The notes beneath the pieces are model-generated. The model did no database searches. It was not told the origin of the DNA and saw nothing but the letters and a program-made list of their open reading frames with translations. Positions 15,497-27,800 of a stretch of DNA of 64,000 nt are shown piece after piece (within the stretch, counting starts at the first letter, position 1; every line of letters begins with the position of its first letter). Source of the stretch: the human T2T-CHM13v2.0 reference genome, Homo sapiens; NCBI RefSeq assembly GCF_009914755.1, contig NC_060932.1; one strand, 5' to 3'. A program made the translations under genes and the position numbers.

Positions 15497-16125
15497 CGTC
15501 ACCACCAACCCTCTCCAGAAAGTCTTTCCATCTTGCAAAGATGAAGCTCTATACACCGTAAGTAACATCTCCCTATTTCTCCTTCCCTGGCAACCACTCT
15601 TCTACTTTCTGTCTCTCTGATTTTGACTATGCTAAGTATCACAAGTAAGCGGAATCAGAGACTATTTGTATTTTTTGTGACTGGCTTATTTCACTCAGTT
15701 TAATGCCCTCAAGGTTAATCCATGTTGTGGCAGTGTCAGAATTTCCATTCCTTCTGAAGCTGAAGAATATGCCATTGTTCGTATATACCACATTTTGCTT
15801 ATCCATTCACTTAGTGATGAACATTCAGATTGCTTTCACCTTTAGGGTACTGCGAGTAATGCTGCTATGGATACGGGTATACAAATGTCTCTTTAAGATC
15901 CTACTTTCAATTCTTTACTGTATATGCTCAGAAGAAGCAGAACTATTGGATCATACAAAGCATACAATTCTATGTTTAATTTTTTAAGGGACGGCCATGC
16001 TGTTTCCTATGGCAACGGTACCATTTTACAATCCCACAAGTAATGCACAACGATTCCAATTTCTCCACATCTTCACCAACACTTATTTTATTTATGTATT
16101 TGCCATCCTAATGGGTGTGAGGTGC
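15497..16125 (-). mobile_element. L1MB-type LINE-1 3' region
   Basis: ccctggcaaccactcttctactttctgtctct; gtgactggcttatttcact; tataccacattttgcttatccattca; ttccaatttctccacatcttcaccaacact. Confidence 0.85.
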
Positions 16126-17038
16126 TAAACTGGGTTTTGAAAGATGGAGAAAAAGGAGTGGAAGAGGATCAGGAGCAAATTGAATGTACACAGCCTTACC
16201 CAATTTCACTGTCCCAAGCACCGTCTATGCTCTTGGGTGCAAAAACACAGAGTAAATAATGATTCTAGGAGGGAGAAAGGTAGAGAATAGTAGAGATAAG
16301 GTGTGAGTTAGGATGGCCAATAGAGTCTGTGGTTCTGCTTTTTTGGTCACTTAGAAATAATTGAACTCTCCACATTGCTGAAACCACAATCAGGAAGTGT
16401 ACCAAGATTAGGCAGGCACCTTTTCATAAATCCCTGATGATCTAGAAAACTGTTCTTGTTCTTTCATAGCTATTTGCTTGACATCACATGAAGTGCAGGT
16501 GTGACTAGCTAACCTACTAAGGTTCACATCCTGAAGGAAGCAAAGGGCCTAGCCTGGCACTGCCAAGGGCCCAAATAATCACACTTCTACACCCAGAAGC
16601 AGAGGGTCAGGCCTCATCAGTTGGTGAGAAGCCAAGCCTGGATGTCAGGAGACCCAAGAAGAAGTCCAGCTACTGAATCCAGTCAACCCTGCCCATGGCA
16701 TCACCTGACCTTGAGGTCACGTCAACTAATAAATATCCTTACAGGGCTTGGTGCTTTGTGTTTCAGACCCTGCCTTCAGTGCCAGGATACACGGGTGATT
16801 AAGACCCACTCTGACCTACAGTAACCTGTAGCCTCACCACATAATCACAATTATAATGCAGTGAGTACTGTTGGAAGGCAAAGGGGAGCTGCATTTTGCA
16901 GCCTGAGAATGGGAGTCAAAGAAGGTGAAGGATGAATAGAATTGATCCTATTCTATTGAGGAGAGCAAAGGGATTACAGTCAACTACAGGTCACAATGCT
17001 GGCCATATTTTATGGGCTTAAGAGAGCATCCATGTTGT

Positions 17039-17073
17039 TGATGACGATGATGATGATGATGATGATGATGATG
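17039..17073. repeat. (GAT)n microsatellite
   Basis: About 11 units with one GAC interruption. Confidence 0.95.
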
Positions 17074-18029
17074 CTATGACTCCCAGTTTAGTGCTCTTCT
17101 CTGAGTCTCTACCCAGGCAGCCCATTGCAAGAGAATGCGATGAGTTCACCCACACAACTTAACTTGGATTTACACGATGCAAATGCTCAATCAGAAGGAT
17201 TCTCACTTCTTGCCTACTGCTGTCTGCAGGTGGGATCTCATTTCCGTGCATTTGTACCACGGGGCTAGGAAAAAGAAATGGGGTTGGGTTTTGTGGTTTG
17301 TTTCATTTGCCTGCCTGTTTCTTCTTACATTAGGAGGAAGCCTTCTGGTGTGATGGAGAGTGCCCTGGGAGAGTCAGGAGCCCTGGCTGGGACAGCCAGG
17401 AGCCGTGGCTGGGAGAGCGCTCCATTTACAGTGGAGCATAAACAACAAATCTTTACACATCCGTGGGCCTGTTAAGCATGGGGAGGGTGGGAGTTTGGTC
17501 CGAATAACAGCAATTATGGGCACAGATTTAGCATTTTTGTATCTTACATGATCTCCCTAAATCTTGGAAGAACTCTGATATAGTTGAAGGAATAGCCATG
17601 TTGTGGAAAGCAGATTGTTCTTGGACTCATACCCTTAGCTCCGTCTCTTATGAGTTCCACAGCAGAGCTCATTCTCATTAAACCTCAGTTTTCTCATCCA
17701 TAAAATAAGATTCATCATGCCTCTCTCGAAAATTGTTTTGATGATTTGAATGAAGCATTAAAGTGTCTTACATGTAGTAGTTAGAGTTGAATGTTAGTGG
17801 AATCTGTAGGGGAAGGATCACAACCCTATTTCAAAGCTACTATCCAAGGTGACGTTCTCTAAGGTTCAGCAACTTCTGTGTTCTAAAAACACTTCTGACA
17901 CCACCTTTTGGCTTATGTATCCAAAGGAACATTTTTTTAAGAAGTTCTTCCAGGAGGCTAAATATTTATTCCAACAAAGCTGCTGTTGCTCAAAACATAA
18001 TCAGTCTTGTCTGGAAATGCCCTTTGGAG

Positions 18030-18554
18030 CAGTGTTGTCTAGAAATACAATGTGAGTCACATGTGCACTTTAATACTTCCTAGTAGCCTCACTGAAAAAA
18101 ATTAAAAAGCAGGTGAAGTTAATTTTAATCATATATTTTATTCAACCCCCAATGTTAAAAATATTATCATTTCAATATGTAATCAATATAAAAACTATTA
18201 ATGGATATTTTACATTCTTTCTTTCATATTAAGCCTGTAACATCCAGTGAGTGTTTTACTGACAGCACATCTCAATTCAGATGCTAAATTTTCACTGTAA
18301 GTACTGGATTTATATTGTAATCTCAGAATTTGCAGTTGCAAAAATAGATTCATACATTCACATTGCTCCAAACAGGCTTAAAATTTTTCAGTAAAGTTGT
18401 ATTCATGGCAGACTCTTTTACTGTGCTTCAGTTTTTAGATTTAAATTTAAAGTATTTAAAATTAAAGAAAATTAAACATTCACTCTCACTCATACTAGCT
18501 ATTTTACAAGCACTCAGCCACATGTAGCTAGTGACTACTTACTGGACAGCACAT
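18030..18554 (+). mobile_element. Charlie1b/MER33-family hAT DNA transposon
   Basis: cagtgttgtctagaaatacaatgtgagtcaca start; gccacatgtagctagtgactac...tggacagcaca end; ~525 bp is longer than MER33. Confidence 0.8.
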
Positions 18555-19309
18555 CTCTTGGGCCTGGGGACGTTCCTTTAAAGGTCCTCAGCAACACTCA
18601 TCGTTTTTGAAGTTGGTTCCATATTTTCTGAAAAATACCCTGAACTCACTGGGAGTCTTGTCATTTGGGGGAAGATTGTGAAGAATGATAAAGTGCTTAA
18701 GTTCAGAATGAAGACTGACTACACTGAGAAGGGGTTACTTCTCTCATGTGACTCCTGCCTGGAAATTGTTTTTGTGATCATGAAACCTATTTGGGTAAAC
18801 AAGTCCCAGTGTGTTTGCTTTACAATTGCTTGCATTGCTTCACAGTCATGCCTGGCTCAGATGGCAAAATAGGCAGTGTGACCCGATGCACAGAAACACT
18901 GACATCTCAGCATTGGTCATGAGTACAATGGCCAGGGAAACTGTAAATCAGCTGGGGAGTTGGGTCAGAATGTCCCTAGGGATGTCTGCCCCCACCAAGT
19001 TTGTACCCTTCTTAAGAAGGCAGGTTCCAGGCTACAAGGAGGCCTTCACTAAGGCAGGGCTAACATATTAGCTGTCCCATCGTGGACACAGACAGCCTGA
19101 TGATTTCCTCCTGGGTGCCTGGCTTTATATCCTACTTCCCATCTGGCTTATGCTGAAACTGTTTTGAAAATGACCTATAGGTAGAATAGCAGCTTTGCTT
19201 CTTAACACCCTAACCGGTAATAGCCTCAGCAGATATGCAAATTGAACTACACTAAAAAAAGATTTTTGGTCACGAAACCCAGAGTTCCCCTATTAGCTAG
19301 TTGAATACC

Positions 19310-19357
19310 TTATTATTATTATTATTATTATTGTTATTATTATTATTGTTATTATTG
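19310..19357. repeat. (TTA)n microsatellite
   Basis: About 16 TTA/TTG units; source of the poly-Leu ORF. Confidence 0.95.
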
Positions 19358-19679
19358 CAGTGGACTGCATTGAGCAGTGCCAAGATTATACAAGTACAAG
19401 ATATGACAATTCTAAGCCCACCTCATACACAGAATGGTGTTACCAGGAGCCTTAGGGTTAATTTTTACCTTCCCACTCCTTTCTTTTTCTTCAATTTTTC
19501 CATTTAATCAAATTTTGAAAGCATCTGGGGCAGGTGGTAGGCTAAGACTAATGAGAGAGGGGCCTTGTTCTTCTGCTTTAGTAGATGGAAACAGATGTGT
19601 AAATACATAAATGTAAGTATGTACATAATAGTAACTATTATCTTCATCAGTTTAAATACTTCCCTAGCCATTATTTTAT

Positions 19680-19915
19680 TCAGGCTCTGAATTGAAAGAG
19701 TCCAGGATTTGAAGTGAATGGATCCAAATTCAAAATTCCAAGTTTTTTTATATAACATTTTATGTACTCTTGGGCAAGTCACTTAACTCCATTGAGCTTC
19801 AACTTCTCTACCTATAAAATGGGGTATTAATATCTACTTTACAAGGCTGGTTGACCAAGGTAAAACCACATGTGTTCCAGGAGCCCTTGGAACAAAGCTG
19901 GCTCTCAATACATGC
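19680..19915 (+). mobile_element. MIR SINE
   Basis: tcttgggcaagtcacttaactccattgagcttc...ctataaaatggggtattaatatctac. Confidence 0.65.
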
Positions 19916-20341
19916 AATGCCAGTGAGTACTATCTTTAATGAATCCTTCCAGCAGATTTGAAGTGGTCTTCACTGCCATGAAAATTGAAGCCCAGAGGAG
20001 AAAAGTGTCTTGCTATTGATTCAAATGTTACATGCCACATGGGAGTCTTAGTCACTTGAAGATGGGACAGGCCATTAACCTGCCTCAAAGTGCCAGGAAA
20101 GTACATCTGAGGAACACCTCACCCAGCGGGGAATAGGGGAAGTCTCCCTGGGGGAGAAATCTTCCAATGGGAGAACTAAGGAAGGTCAGCGGAAAAAGGA
20201 AGTTGAGGGGAAAAAGAAGGAAAAGAGGAAAGAGATGAAATAATGTCTAAGACCAAAGGACAGAGAATGGGCAATAACCAGAGACAAAAAAAAAATTATG
20301 GCATCTACAGATAACAAAAATAAATTAAGCATGATTATAAT

Positions 20342-20570
20342 GAGTGTGTGTGTGTGTGCATGTGTGCATATGTGCATGTGTGTGCATGCATGTGTGTGTT
20401 CATGTGCACACGTGCATGTGTACATGTGTGTGCATGCCTGTGTGCGCTCATGTGCGTGTGTGCATATGTGCATGTGTGTGCATGCATGTGTGCATTCATG
20501 TGCACGTGTGCATATGTGCATGTGTGTGCATGCATGTGTGCATTCATGTGCATGTGTGCATATGTGTGTG
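20342..20570. repeat. 48-bp-period minisatellite built from TG/TGCA units
   Basis: Unit approx. tgtgcatatgtgcatgtgtgtgcatgcatgtgtgcattcatgtgcacg, ~4.5 copies; the 16-aa periodicity ECTHACTHMHICTHAH is visible in the minus-strand ORF. Confidence 0.9.
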
Positions 20571-20679
20571 TTGTCACTGGAGAAGTACATGATGCTCAGG
20601 TCACATCAAGCTAAATTAAGATATTGTTTTTATCTTTGCAAAGCATTGAAATGTTTTCAGTTATTCATGTGTGAATTTT

Positions 20680-20850
20680 AGGTGGATCATAATGACTGCT
20701 GTGTGGGAAAAGTATAGCAGAGGGAGACTGGAGGCAGAGAAAGCAGGAAAGACACTCCTGCCATCATCCAGGCAAGCAATGACGGTAGGTTGCCCCAAGG
20801 AAGCAGCAGTGGGGATGAAGAACCCTGCACAGGGTTGAGAGCTATTCAGA
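20680..20850 (-). mobile_element. L2 fragment
   Basis: gactgctgtgtggga...gactggaggcagaga...atccaggcaagcaatgacggtagg. Confidence 0.65.
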
Positions 20851-21074
20851 GGGTATGGTGGATTCGAACCCATGGCTTCTGATCTATGGTCACTAGTCCA
20901 AACTTCTATAGAAGCAATAATTCAGTTGATTCCTAGAAGTTCACAGACCATGGTTTGTTTCTAGGTGTCTGCTGTAGCCTTGTCTTGGGCTTTTTTTCTT
21001 GATGCCAATGAACGGTGTTGTTATTGGGGTGAAACTCATTTTATAAACGCAGCCTTAGATTGGGTGGCTGTGTT

Positions 21075-21483
21075 GGGGGAATTAATGTTAATTGTTATAA
21101 CAAGTAACCCCCAAATTTTAGTGGCTTAACACAATAAAATTTTGTTTTCTCTGACATAAAACTAAATGTGGTTGTGGTGGATGGCTTTTCTCCAAGCCCA
21201 TATAACTCAGTAATTCAGGGGCCTTTTAATTAGTGGCTTAGATGTTCTCAGAGCCTTGGAATTCACTGCTCCATCTTCTGCATCCAGCCACCCTATGATC
21301 AAAAGGAAAATTGTGTGGGAAGTTTAAGGGGCCAGGTCTGGAACTGATACAGATATATGAATGCCCATATTCCATTGTTCAGAACCAATCTCGTGGCTCA
21401 TATTTAAATAATCTGACAAATACAGTTTGACCATGTACAAGGGAAGAAATAGGATCTGGTGAACATCTAGCCAAATTCTGCCA
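21075..21483 (-). mobile_element. MLT1J/K-like MaLR LTR
   Basis: taacaagtaacccccaaattttagtggcttaacacaataaa; gcccatattccattgttcagaac; tggtgaacatctagcca...tgcca. Confidence 0.65.
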
Positions 21484-22739
21484 TGATGCAAGCAGCAACT
21501 GCATGAACGAAAAATGTGGATTCATTTCAACAATGTTTACTTTCCTCAATCCAGAATCCTCTAGGTTTCTTCCTCTATCTGAATTAACTGCCACTCTTAA
21601 GAAATGTGAACAGAAAACTTCAAGTGTGTTTAAGGCTGGACTCATCCTCTGTTTGGTTTTGTGCCAGACCCAGTAGGCATGGTAGAGAGTGACGATGAGA
21701 TGCTGATGTTAACGGCAGAATGAGGCTTGAGTCTTTAGTTTCAGCCTAATCTAGGCATTCATTAGACACTAAGATTCTGTTTCCCCTGTCCTGTCACTTG
21801 CTGGATTGGCTCAGGCAAAAATTACCCTGTGATTCCTAGTGTATGAGTGGATCTTCAATATTTCCAATTCTTTTTGAAAAGTATAGCCACCCAGTACAAT
21901 GAAGAGGAGGGCAAGGGAGCTGTAATTGGGGGCATATGATAGAAGACAAATTTCCCTCAGCAGTCAGCAGGAGAGGCATGTCTAAAACTGAGCTTTATTG
22001 TTTAGCAGTTGAGCTCTGTCAGCCTAAATTAATTGTTTCCTGTAGTTTTTCTTCTCATCCAAATTACATGCTTAACTAGAAGTCCAAGAACCCTTTATTT
22101 AAATTCATTCTCTAATGGTTATTGGTTGCTTGGCTTTTGCAAAGCTCCTTGCCCATTTTATGCTTCTGTTTTCTCATTTCTAAGTTGGAGTTGATGATTT
22201 CCAAAATTGCTCTGGACCCTAATCTTTCATGCCTCTGTCAAGGAATCATGAAAAGGGAGAAAAAAGGTAAAGGAGAAAAAAGCTGACAGTCCTTGCTTTC
22301 ATCATTACTGAGGAATGTGTTAGGCATTTGACATTCCCAGAAAGGCCTAGGATCTAATACGTTGTTGACCAAACTGTGATTAAGGAATAAAATAGTCTAT
22401 TCTATACTCAGTATAGCTAGGTCACTGACACTTTATGTGCGGTGGTCCCTCATCTGTCTTGGCAAGACTACATGGGTGAAAATGCTGGTCTCACAGTCAA
22501 AAAGAGGAATCCTTTACTCCACAAGGCCATGTGAAACATAGTGGGTACCTGACTGATGGTGATTTCCACCTAGAATCAACGTTCAGTGGAAATTGCAGAT
22601 GACTGAGTTGCCCTCTCTACCGTGTGAGTGAAAGCACTCTGTGATAAAGGGTTGACTCAAAGACCACTCAGTGGAGAATACACTGTCCAGGGAATAAAGA
22701 AGCTACACAGATTCAGCAAGGGAATAAAATAGACATCAA

Positions 22740-23491
22740 TTGTTTTGCCCATGACTTCTCCCTTCTTCTACTAGAACACTCTGATTTTCCTGGAAAACTC
22801 CCCCTTTCCTTCTGCCATTCTCTGTGGTTATGGTGGGGTTAACCTGGTCCATTAACCCCAGTCCAAATCCAGTCACCCTGGTCAGAGGATTAGTTTGAAA
22901 ATGTTCAAAGACATTTCTTGCGATTGATGGGAGAAAATGTCCCTACGAGGGCTATTCAGAGGGGGATGCTTGAGGAAGAAGCTGCAAGATAGAAATGCCA
23001 TTTGCAGCAACCCGGAGGGGATTGGAGACTATTATTCTAAGTGAATTAACTCAGGAAAACCAAACATCGTATGTTCTTACTCATAAGTGGGAGCTAAGCC
23101 ATGAGGATGCACAGGCATAAGGAAGATACAATGAACTTTGGGGATTCCGGGGAAAGGGCGGGAAGAGGGTGAGTGATAACAGACTACAAATTGGGTTCAG
23201 TGTATACTGCTTAGGTGATGGGTGCACCAAAACCTCACAAATCACCGCTAAAGAACTTACTCATGTAACCAAATACCAACTGTTCCCCAAAAACCTACGA
23301 AAATTTAAAAAGGAATGCCAGATGAGCAAGTAGAGAAACTGAGTCTTGAGGACCTGTTCAAGATCCTGAATTTTGCCATCCTTGAACCTTGTATGTCCAA
23401 CAGATACTTTATTTTCCTTTTGATTGAAAATATTTTAAGGGAATGGGGGAAGTATCTCTATTGTGCAACTGAAAAGGCTTTGACTAAAGCA
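22740..23491 (+). mobile_element. Old MLT1-like LTR interrupted by L1PB
   Basis: 3' end ttgtgcaactgaaaaggctttgactaaagca; 5' boundary uncertain. Confidence 0.45.
23001..23310 (+). mobile_element. L1PB1-like 3' end
   Basis: ataagtgggagctaagccatgaggatgc; gactacaaattgggttcagtgtatactgc; aaagaacttactcatgtaacc; TSD agaaatgcca 22991-23000 / aggaatgcca 23311-23320. Confidence 0.9.
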
Positions 23492-23715
23492 AGAGGGAAC
23501 CAGATTGCTTATAGTCTTTGAGTAATGATCATTTGTAATTGCATTGATAATGACTATTCTCTGAGCTCCTGCTAGGCACTTCTCACATATGGCTCCTTCT
23601 CTTGCAATAACTTACAAGAGATACAATGATCACCATTATGTAGTTGTAATTATGAAGGGTCTGTTACATTGAGTGACCGGACCAAGGTCAAATTGCTTGT
23701 AGGAAGTTAAGCAGA

Positions 23716-24040
23716 GGTCAGGCACAGTGGTTCACACCTGTAATCCCAGCACTCTGGGAGGCCGAGGTGGGTGGACTACCTGAGGTCAGGAGTTCAAGAC
23801 CAGCCTGGCCATCATAGTGAAACCCCGTCTCTACTAAGAATTCAAAAATTAGCCAGGCGTGGTGTTGTGTGCCTGTAATCCTAGCTACTTAGGAGGCTGA
23901 GGCAGAAGAATCGCTTGAACTCAGGAGGTGGATGTTGCAGTGAGCCAAGATCAAGTCACTGCACTCTAGCCTGGGCAGCAGAGTGAGACTCCGTCTCAAA
24001 AAAAAAAAAAAAAGAAAAAAAAACAAAGAAAGAAGAAAAA
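23716..24040 (+). mobile_element. AluSx/Sz-like, inserted in a minus-strand MIR
   Basis: cctgaggtcaggagttcaagaccagcctggcc; TSD aggaagttaagcaga 23701-23715 / aagaagtgaagcaga 24041-24055. Confidence 0.95.
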
Positions 24041-24799
24041 AAGAAGTGAAGCAGAGAATCGAACCCAATTTTGCTTGCACCAGATTTTATGGGCTTGTCA
24101 CTCTTTCATATGGTTTTTCCTGAAGGGAGAGGCTCAATAAGCATGAGGACAAATCAGAGAATCAGAGAGCACAATTTGTTTAGTTATTCAAATAATTGGA
24201 TTTTCCATCAAAGACACAAATATCTAGAAAAGGGGTTATTGTTACATCAAAGAAAAAGATTGAAGAGAAACAAACAAACAAGCACATTTGAAAAGAGCAT
24301 TTACCTAAATAAAAACAAAGGGTTTGTTTTGTGCCTAACATTTTGTTAGGATTTTTTGGAGCATTGGTAGATATCATCTGGAACTAATTTGTTACAAGAA
24401 TACAGAAGTCTTACAGAACCTGATGTTGTGGACTTAACTGAGTTTCAGACAGGGTTTGGAAGTGGAGACCAGAAAAACCTCAGGCCTCTAATTCTTATTC
24501 CCACTTCTCTCTGCTTGTCTATTGTGCCCTTTTCTTCCTCTGTAGACAGGCTTTCTGTCATCTGCTGTCTGTGGGGCAGAACCTGGCTGCCTGCGACTCC
24601 CTGGTTGGCATATTGCACAGAGACCCAGTCACCCACAGAAGCTGATTTCCTGTCTCAACTCCCACTTTCTGTCACTTCCACATTTCTCAGAAGAGGGTAT
24701 CTGACTAGGTTGGTGGGGTAAGCGCTCCACCTTGGGAGACTCAATCCTGGATCATTACTGGAGTGGAGAGGGAACAGCGCCAGGACCCCAAATTTAGGA

Positions 24800-26311
24800 G
24801 CCCTCAGGAGGGGGCCTTGTAATGCACTGCTCCGATGCTCTGCCAGGCACTGACAACTTATCGTCTCAGCTAGCATCAGCTTCTTTCCAACATCACCTTG
24901 CCAGAGGTCATGCCACCTTCATGGAGGGGTGGGGGTTCTTCCTCCAGGTGGGGCATCTCTGAAGGCTACTTTGCAGGGGACCATTTTGGGCCTACATCCA
25001 ACTCAATTTCTCCCTCCCTTCAATCATGTTTTCCCCTTCTATCCTCACAATTTCTCTTGAATAAATGTCCTGTGTTCAATTTCTAACCTGAATCTCCTTT
25101 GAAGAACCTAGCCTGTGACAGCTGGTTCTAAGGACTGTCTGAGAAAGGAGATATTAAGATGAGATTCTGGGACAGGATAACCCACTGATTGTCTGGCAAT
25201 GAAGACTCTATTCCTGGGGTTAGTTGGAGCACAGGTGCCCCCAGAAGTGGGTAACAGAATAATTGCTGACTTTTCATGAGTGATGATCTGGGATGGATAC
25301 CAGGGGAAGGAGAGGCATTAGCTGGTGTGAAGCATCAGATGTTTATAAATATGGGGCAAATAGTAAATATGGGTGGAATAGGGTGGTTATTGCTAAGCTC
25401 AACTGAGATTTTGGAAAATGGAAATGAAAAGGTGAGAGTGATTAATTGGTAAGTCAGAGCTAAGTATGAAAACCAGGAACCTCCTGGTTAGCATACAAAG
25501 AGGCTCTCAGCTTCTAGAGCAAGAGGCCAGACCGAGCTGTGGACTTAGTTGTCAGAATATTTGAGCTCTAAAGAAAGTAGAACTCCCCAATTTCTCAGTT
25601 CAGCCAGCTTTTCCAAGGTCACCAAATCTTCAATCTCCAGGCTCCTCCGGACTTCTGGGCCACTTGCCTCTATTAAGTACTAAACTCCTTCTTTGCTTGA
25701 AGATGATTTAGAGGCCTTGCCTCTTCCAGAAAACATGAGCTGCCCTCAGGATCCACACCCACCGTCCCGCAACCCCCTCGTAGCTAGGCTAGGAACCAGG
25801 AACTATTCCCCTTTATGTTTGGGGCATGCTGAGAGAAGAGGAAGAAAGCTATATACTAAAAGAGCTATATACTAAAAGACTAAGAGATCCAGTCAGCCTT
25901 TGTCAGCAGTAGCTGGGAGAATATGCGAATATGCAAGAGATGAGATTTTAGGGTGTGAGATCAAGGAGGAGTTTATTGATTTGAGAACACTTTCCTGGGA
26001 TACAAGAGTTAGCTCCTTGGAAAGAACCCTGGGAGATGCTAAGAAAACACTGACTCCAAGAAGCATGGAGAGATCAGTTGTCCCCAAACCCCAACTTGGG
26101 ACACTTCCAAAGGCTCATCAAATCTCTAGAGTCCCCGTAGGGTCAAACTGAGGCCTTTGCTGGAACTGCAGACTAACTCAGCTTCTTTTTTTTTGCCAAA
26201 TCCTACTTTCTTCCCCTCTGTTTCACAGGCCTTAAGAGCAATTCCCAATAAACTTTGTGCATTGTGATTTTTATCTCAGCATTTGCTGCCAAGAAAACTT
26301 AGCCTGCTACA
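24800..26311 (+). mobile_element. Internally deleted ERVL-class provirus relic (LTR33-like LTR, ERV3-16A3-like 5' internal, partial LTR)
   Basis: Two LTR 3' ends gaagaacctagcctgtgaca (ends 25120) and aagaaaacttagcctgctaca (ends 26311), each preceded by AATAAA; internal begins with a PBS-like tggttctaaggactgtctgagaaag; 5' boundary approximate. Confidence 0.6.
25847..25878. repeat. Perfect 16-bp tandem duplication
   Basis: agctatatactaaaag x2. Confidence 0.9.
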
Positions 26312-26654
26312 GACACCACCCCTCTTGGTGGGGCTGAAGATCCTAGAGTGTAGATGCTGGGTACTTACTCCATAGAAGTCTCCATATATCAGCATTAGAA
26401 GAACAATTGATTTGCCCAGAGAAAATTGGTCATGCTGCCAAGTCCAGATTCTGATATGTCTGTCTTCAAAGCCATTTTCTTGAAAGCCATTTGTATACTG
26501 CTGTGTTTTCCTATTTAATACATATTTTTATGATTGATCTGTTGGCAAAGTGTCTAAATTTACAGGCAGAGAAAATCAAGCTGATAGACATCGATTGCAG
26601 CATGTGGTTGGAAACAGTTGGAACACGATATATAAGATGAGCTAAGTGTCTGTG

Positions 26655-26798
26655 ATTCATTCATCCATTCTCTGATTTATTCATTTAACAAACTTTTATT
26701 AAGTTCTTACTCTGTGCCAGCCCTAGGCTGGCTGCTGAGGATACATCAAGAAATGAAGCCTAGATTCTGATTTCCAAAGTGCATGGTCCAGCAGGAGA
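26655..26798 (-). mobile_element. L2 3' end
   Basis: attcattcatccattc...tcatttaacaaacttttattaag...tactctgtgccag. Confidence 0.65.
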
Positions 26799-27478
26799 TT
26801 CATAAATCATTTAAAGGCTGATAAAGAATGGTTCAAGCTTCCACTTACATTCCACGGGAATAGCTGAGCACTATTTCTTGAAGACAGAAGCCCACAGAGC
26901 TACAGTGCCCCTCAGGGTCAGTAAAATGCTGAAATCATCTGGTATAGAACTGGCAATAAAACTGATAACCCTGTCTTTCCTTGTACAGCTCACTCTGATG
27001 TGAGCCAAATACCATGTGCAGGCCTACATCCCATATTAAAGAAACTACAACCAGTGCTTCTTAATGTGATAGCACAGGTAGGTATGGCCTAAGGCAACTT
27101 TTGGTTGAAGCAGCATATGGTGACAACATTGTCCTGTTAATTTCCTCCTTTGGTGATGATTTCCAGTGCCAAGCAGGATGAGAGGCAGGGCCCCTCCGCT
27201 AATATAGAAACTAGACTATGGTGTTGAAAGAAAGTGGGATGCAGTGCCACAATGAACTAGTGAACAAGGGGTGCTAGTGAACATTTGGCCATGGTGGTGC
27301 ATGGAAATGTCATCAGTTTTTGTTTTTTTCCTTTTTCTTCCCCCATCATTGGTCACCAGTAATCTATATCTGCCATTCTACTTAGTGGGCACATGCCAGA
27401 GCTTCCAGTGGTAAGAAATCCCTAAGTAAAGGGCAAACACAGTGAAAGTTCATCAAGATGAGGAGGTGAAGAATTATG

Positions 27479-27800
27479 TAGCCATCCCTCAGTATCCATC
27501 AAGGATTGGTTCCAGGACCTCCCAAGGATACCAAAATTCAAAGATGCTCAAGTCCCTGATGTTAAATGGTGTGGTATTTGCATAGATCCTATACACATAC
27601 ACCATATACTTTAAATCATTTCTAGATTACTTAAAATTCTGAATACAAAGTAAATGCTATAGAAATAGTTGTTATGAATTGTGTTGTTTAGGAAATAATG
27701 ACATAAAAAAGTCTGTACATGGTCAGTAAAGATGCAGTTCTTTGATCTGTTGTTGTTTGAATGAATGGATGCGGAACTCACGGATATTGAGGGCTGACTA
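27479..27800 (+). mobile_element. MER2 (TcMar-Tigger) DNA transposon
   Basis: TIRs tagccatccctcagtatcc / ggatattgagggctgacta followed by TA; ggattggttccaggacc and gatgctcaagtccctgat internal. Confidence 0.92.

Noticed and set aside
19301-19507. Signal-peptide-like poly-Leu ORF
   Set aside because: Product of a (TTA)n microsatellite with a non-ATG start
20342-20570. CRISPR-like array
   Set aside because: Contiguous tandem units without unique spacers, no cas genes, eukaryotic context
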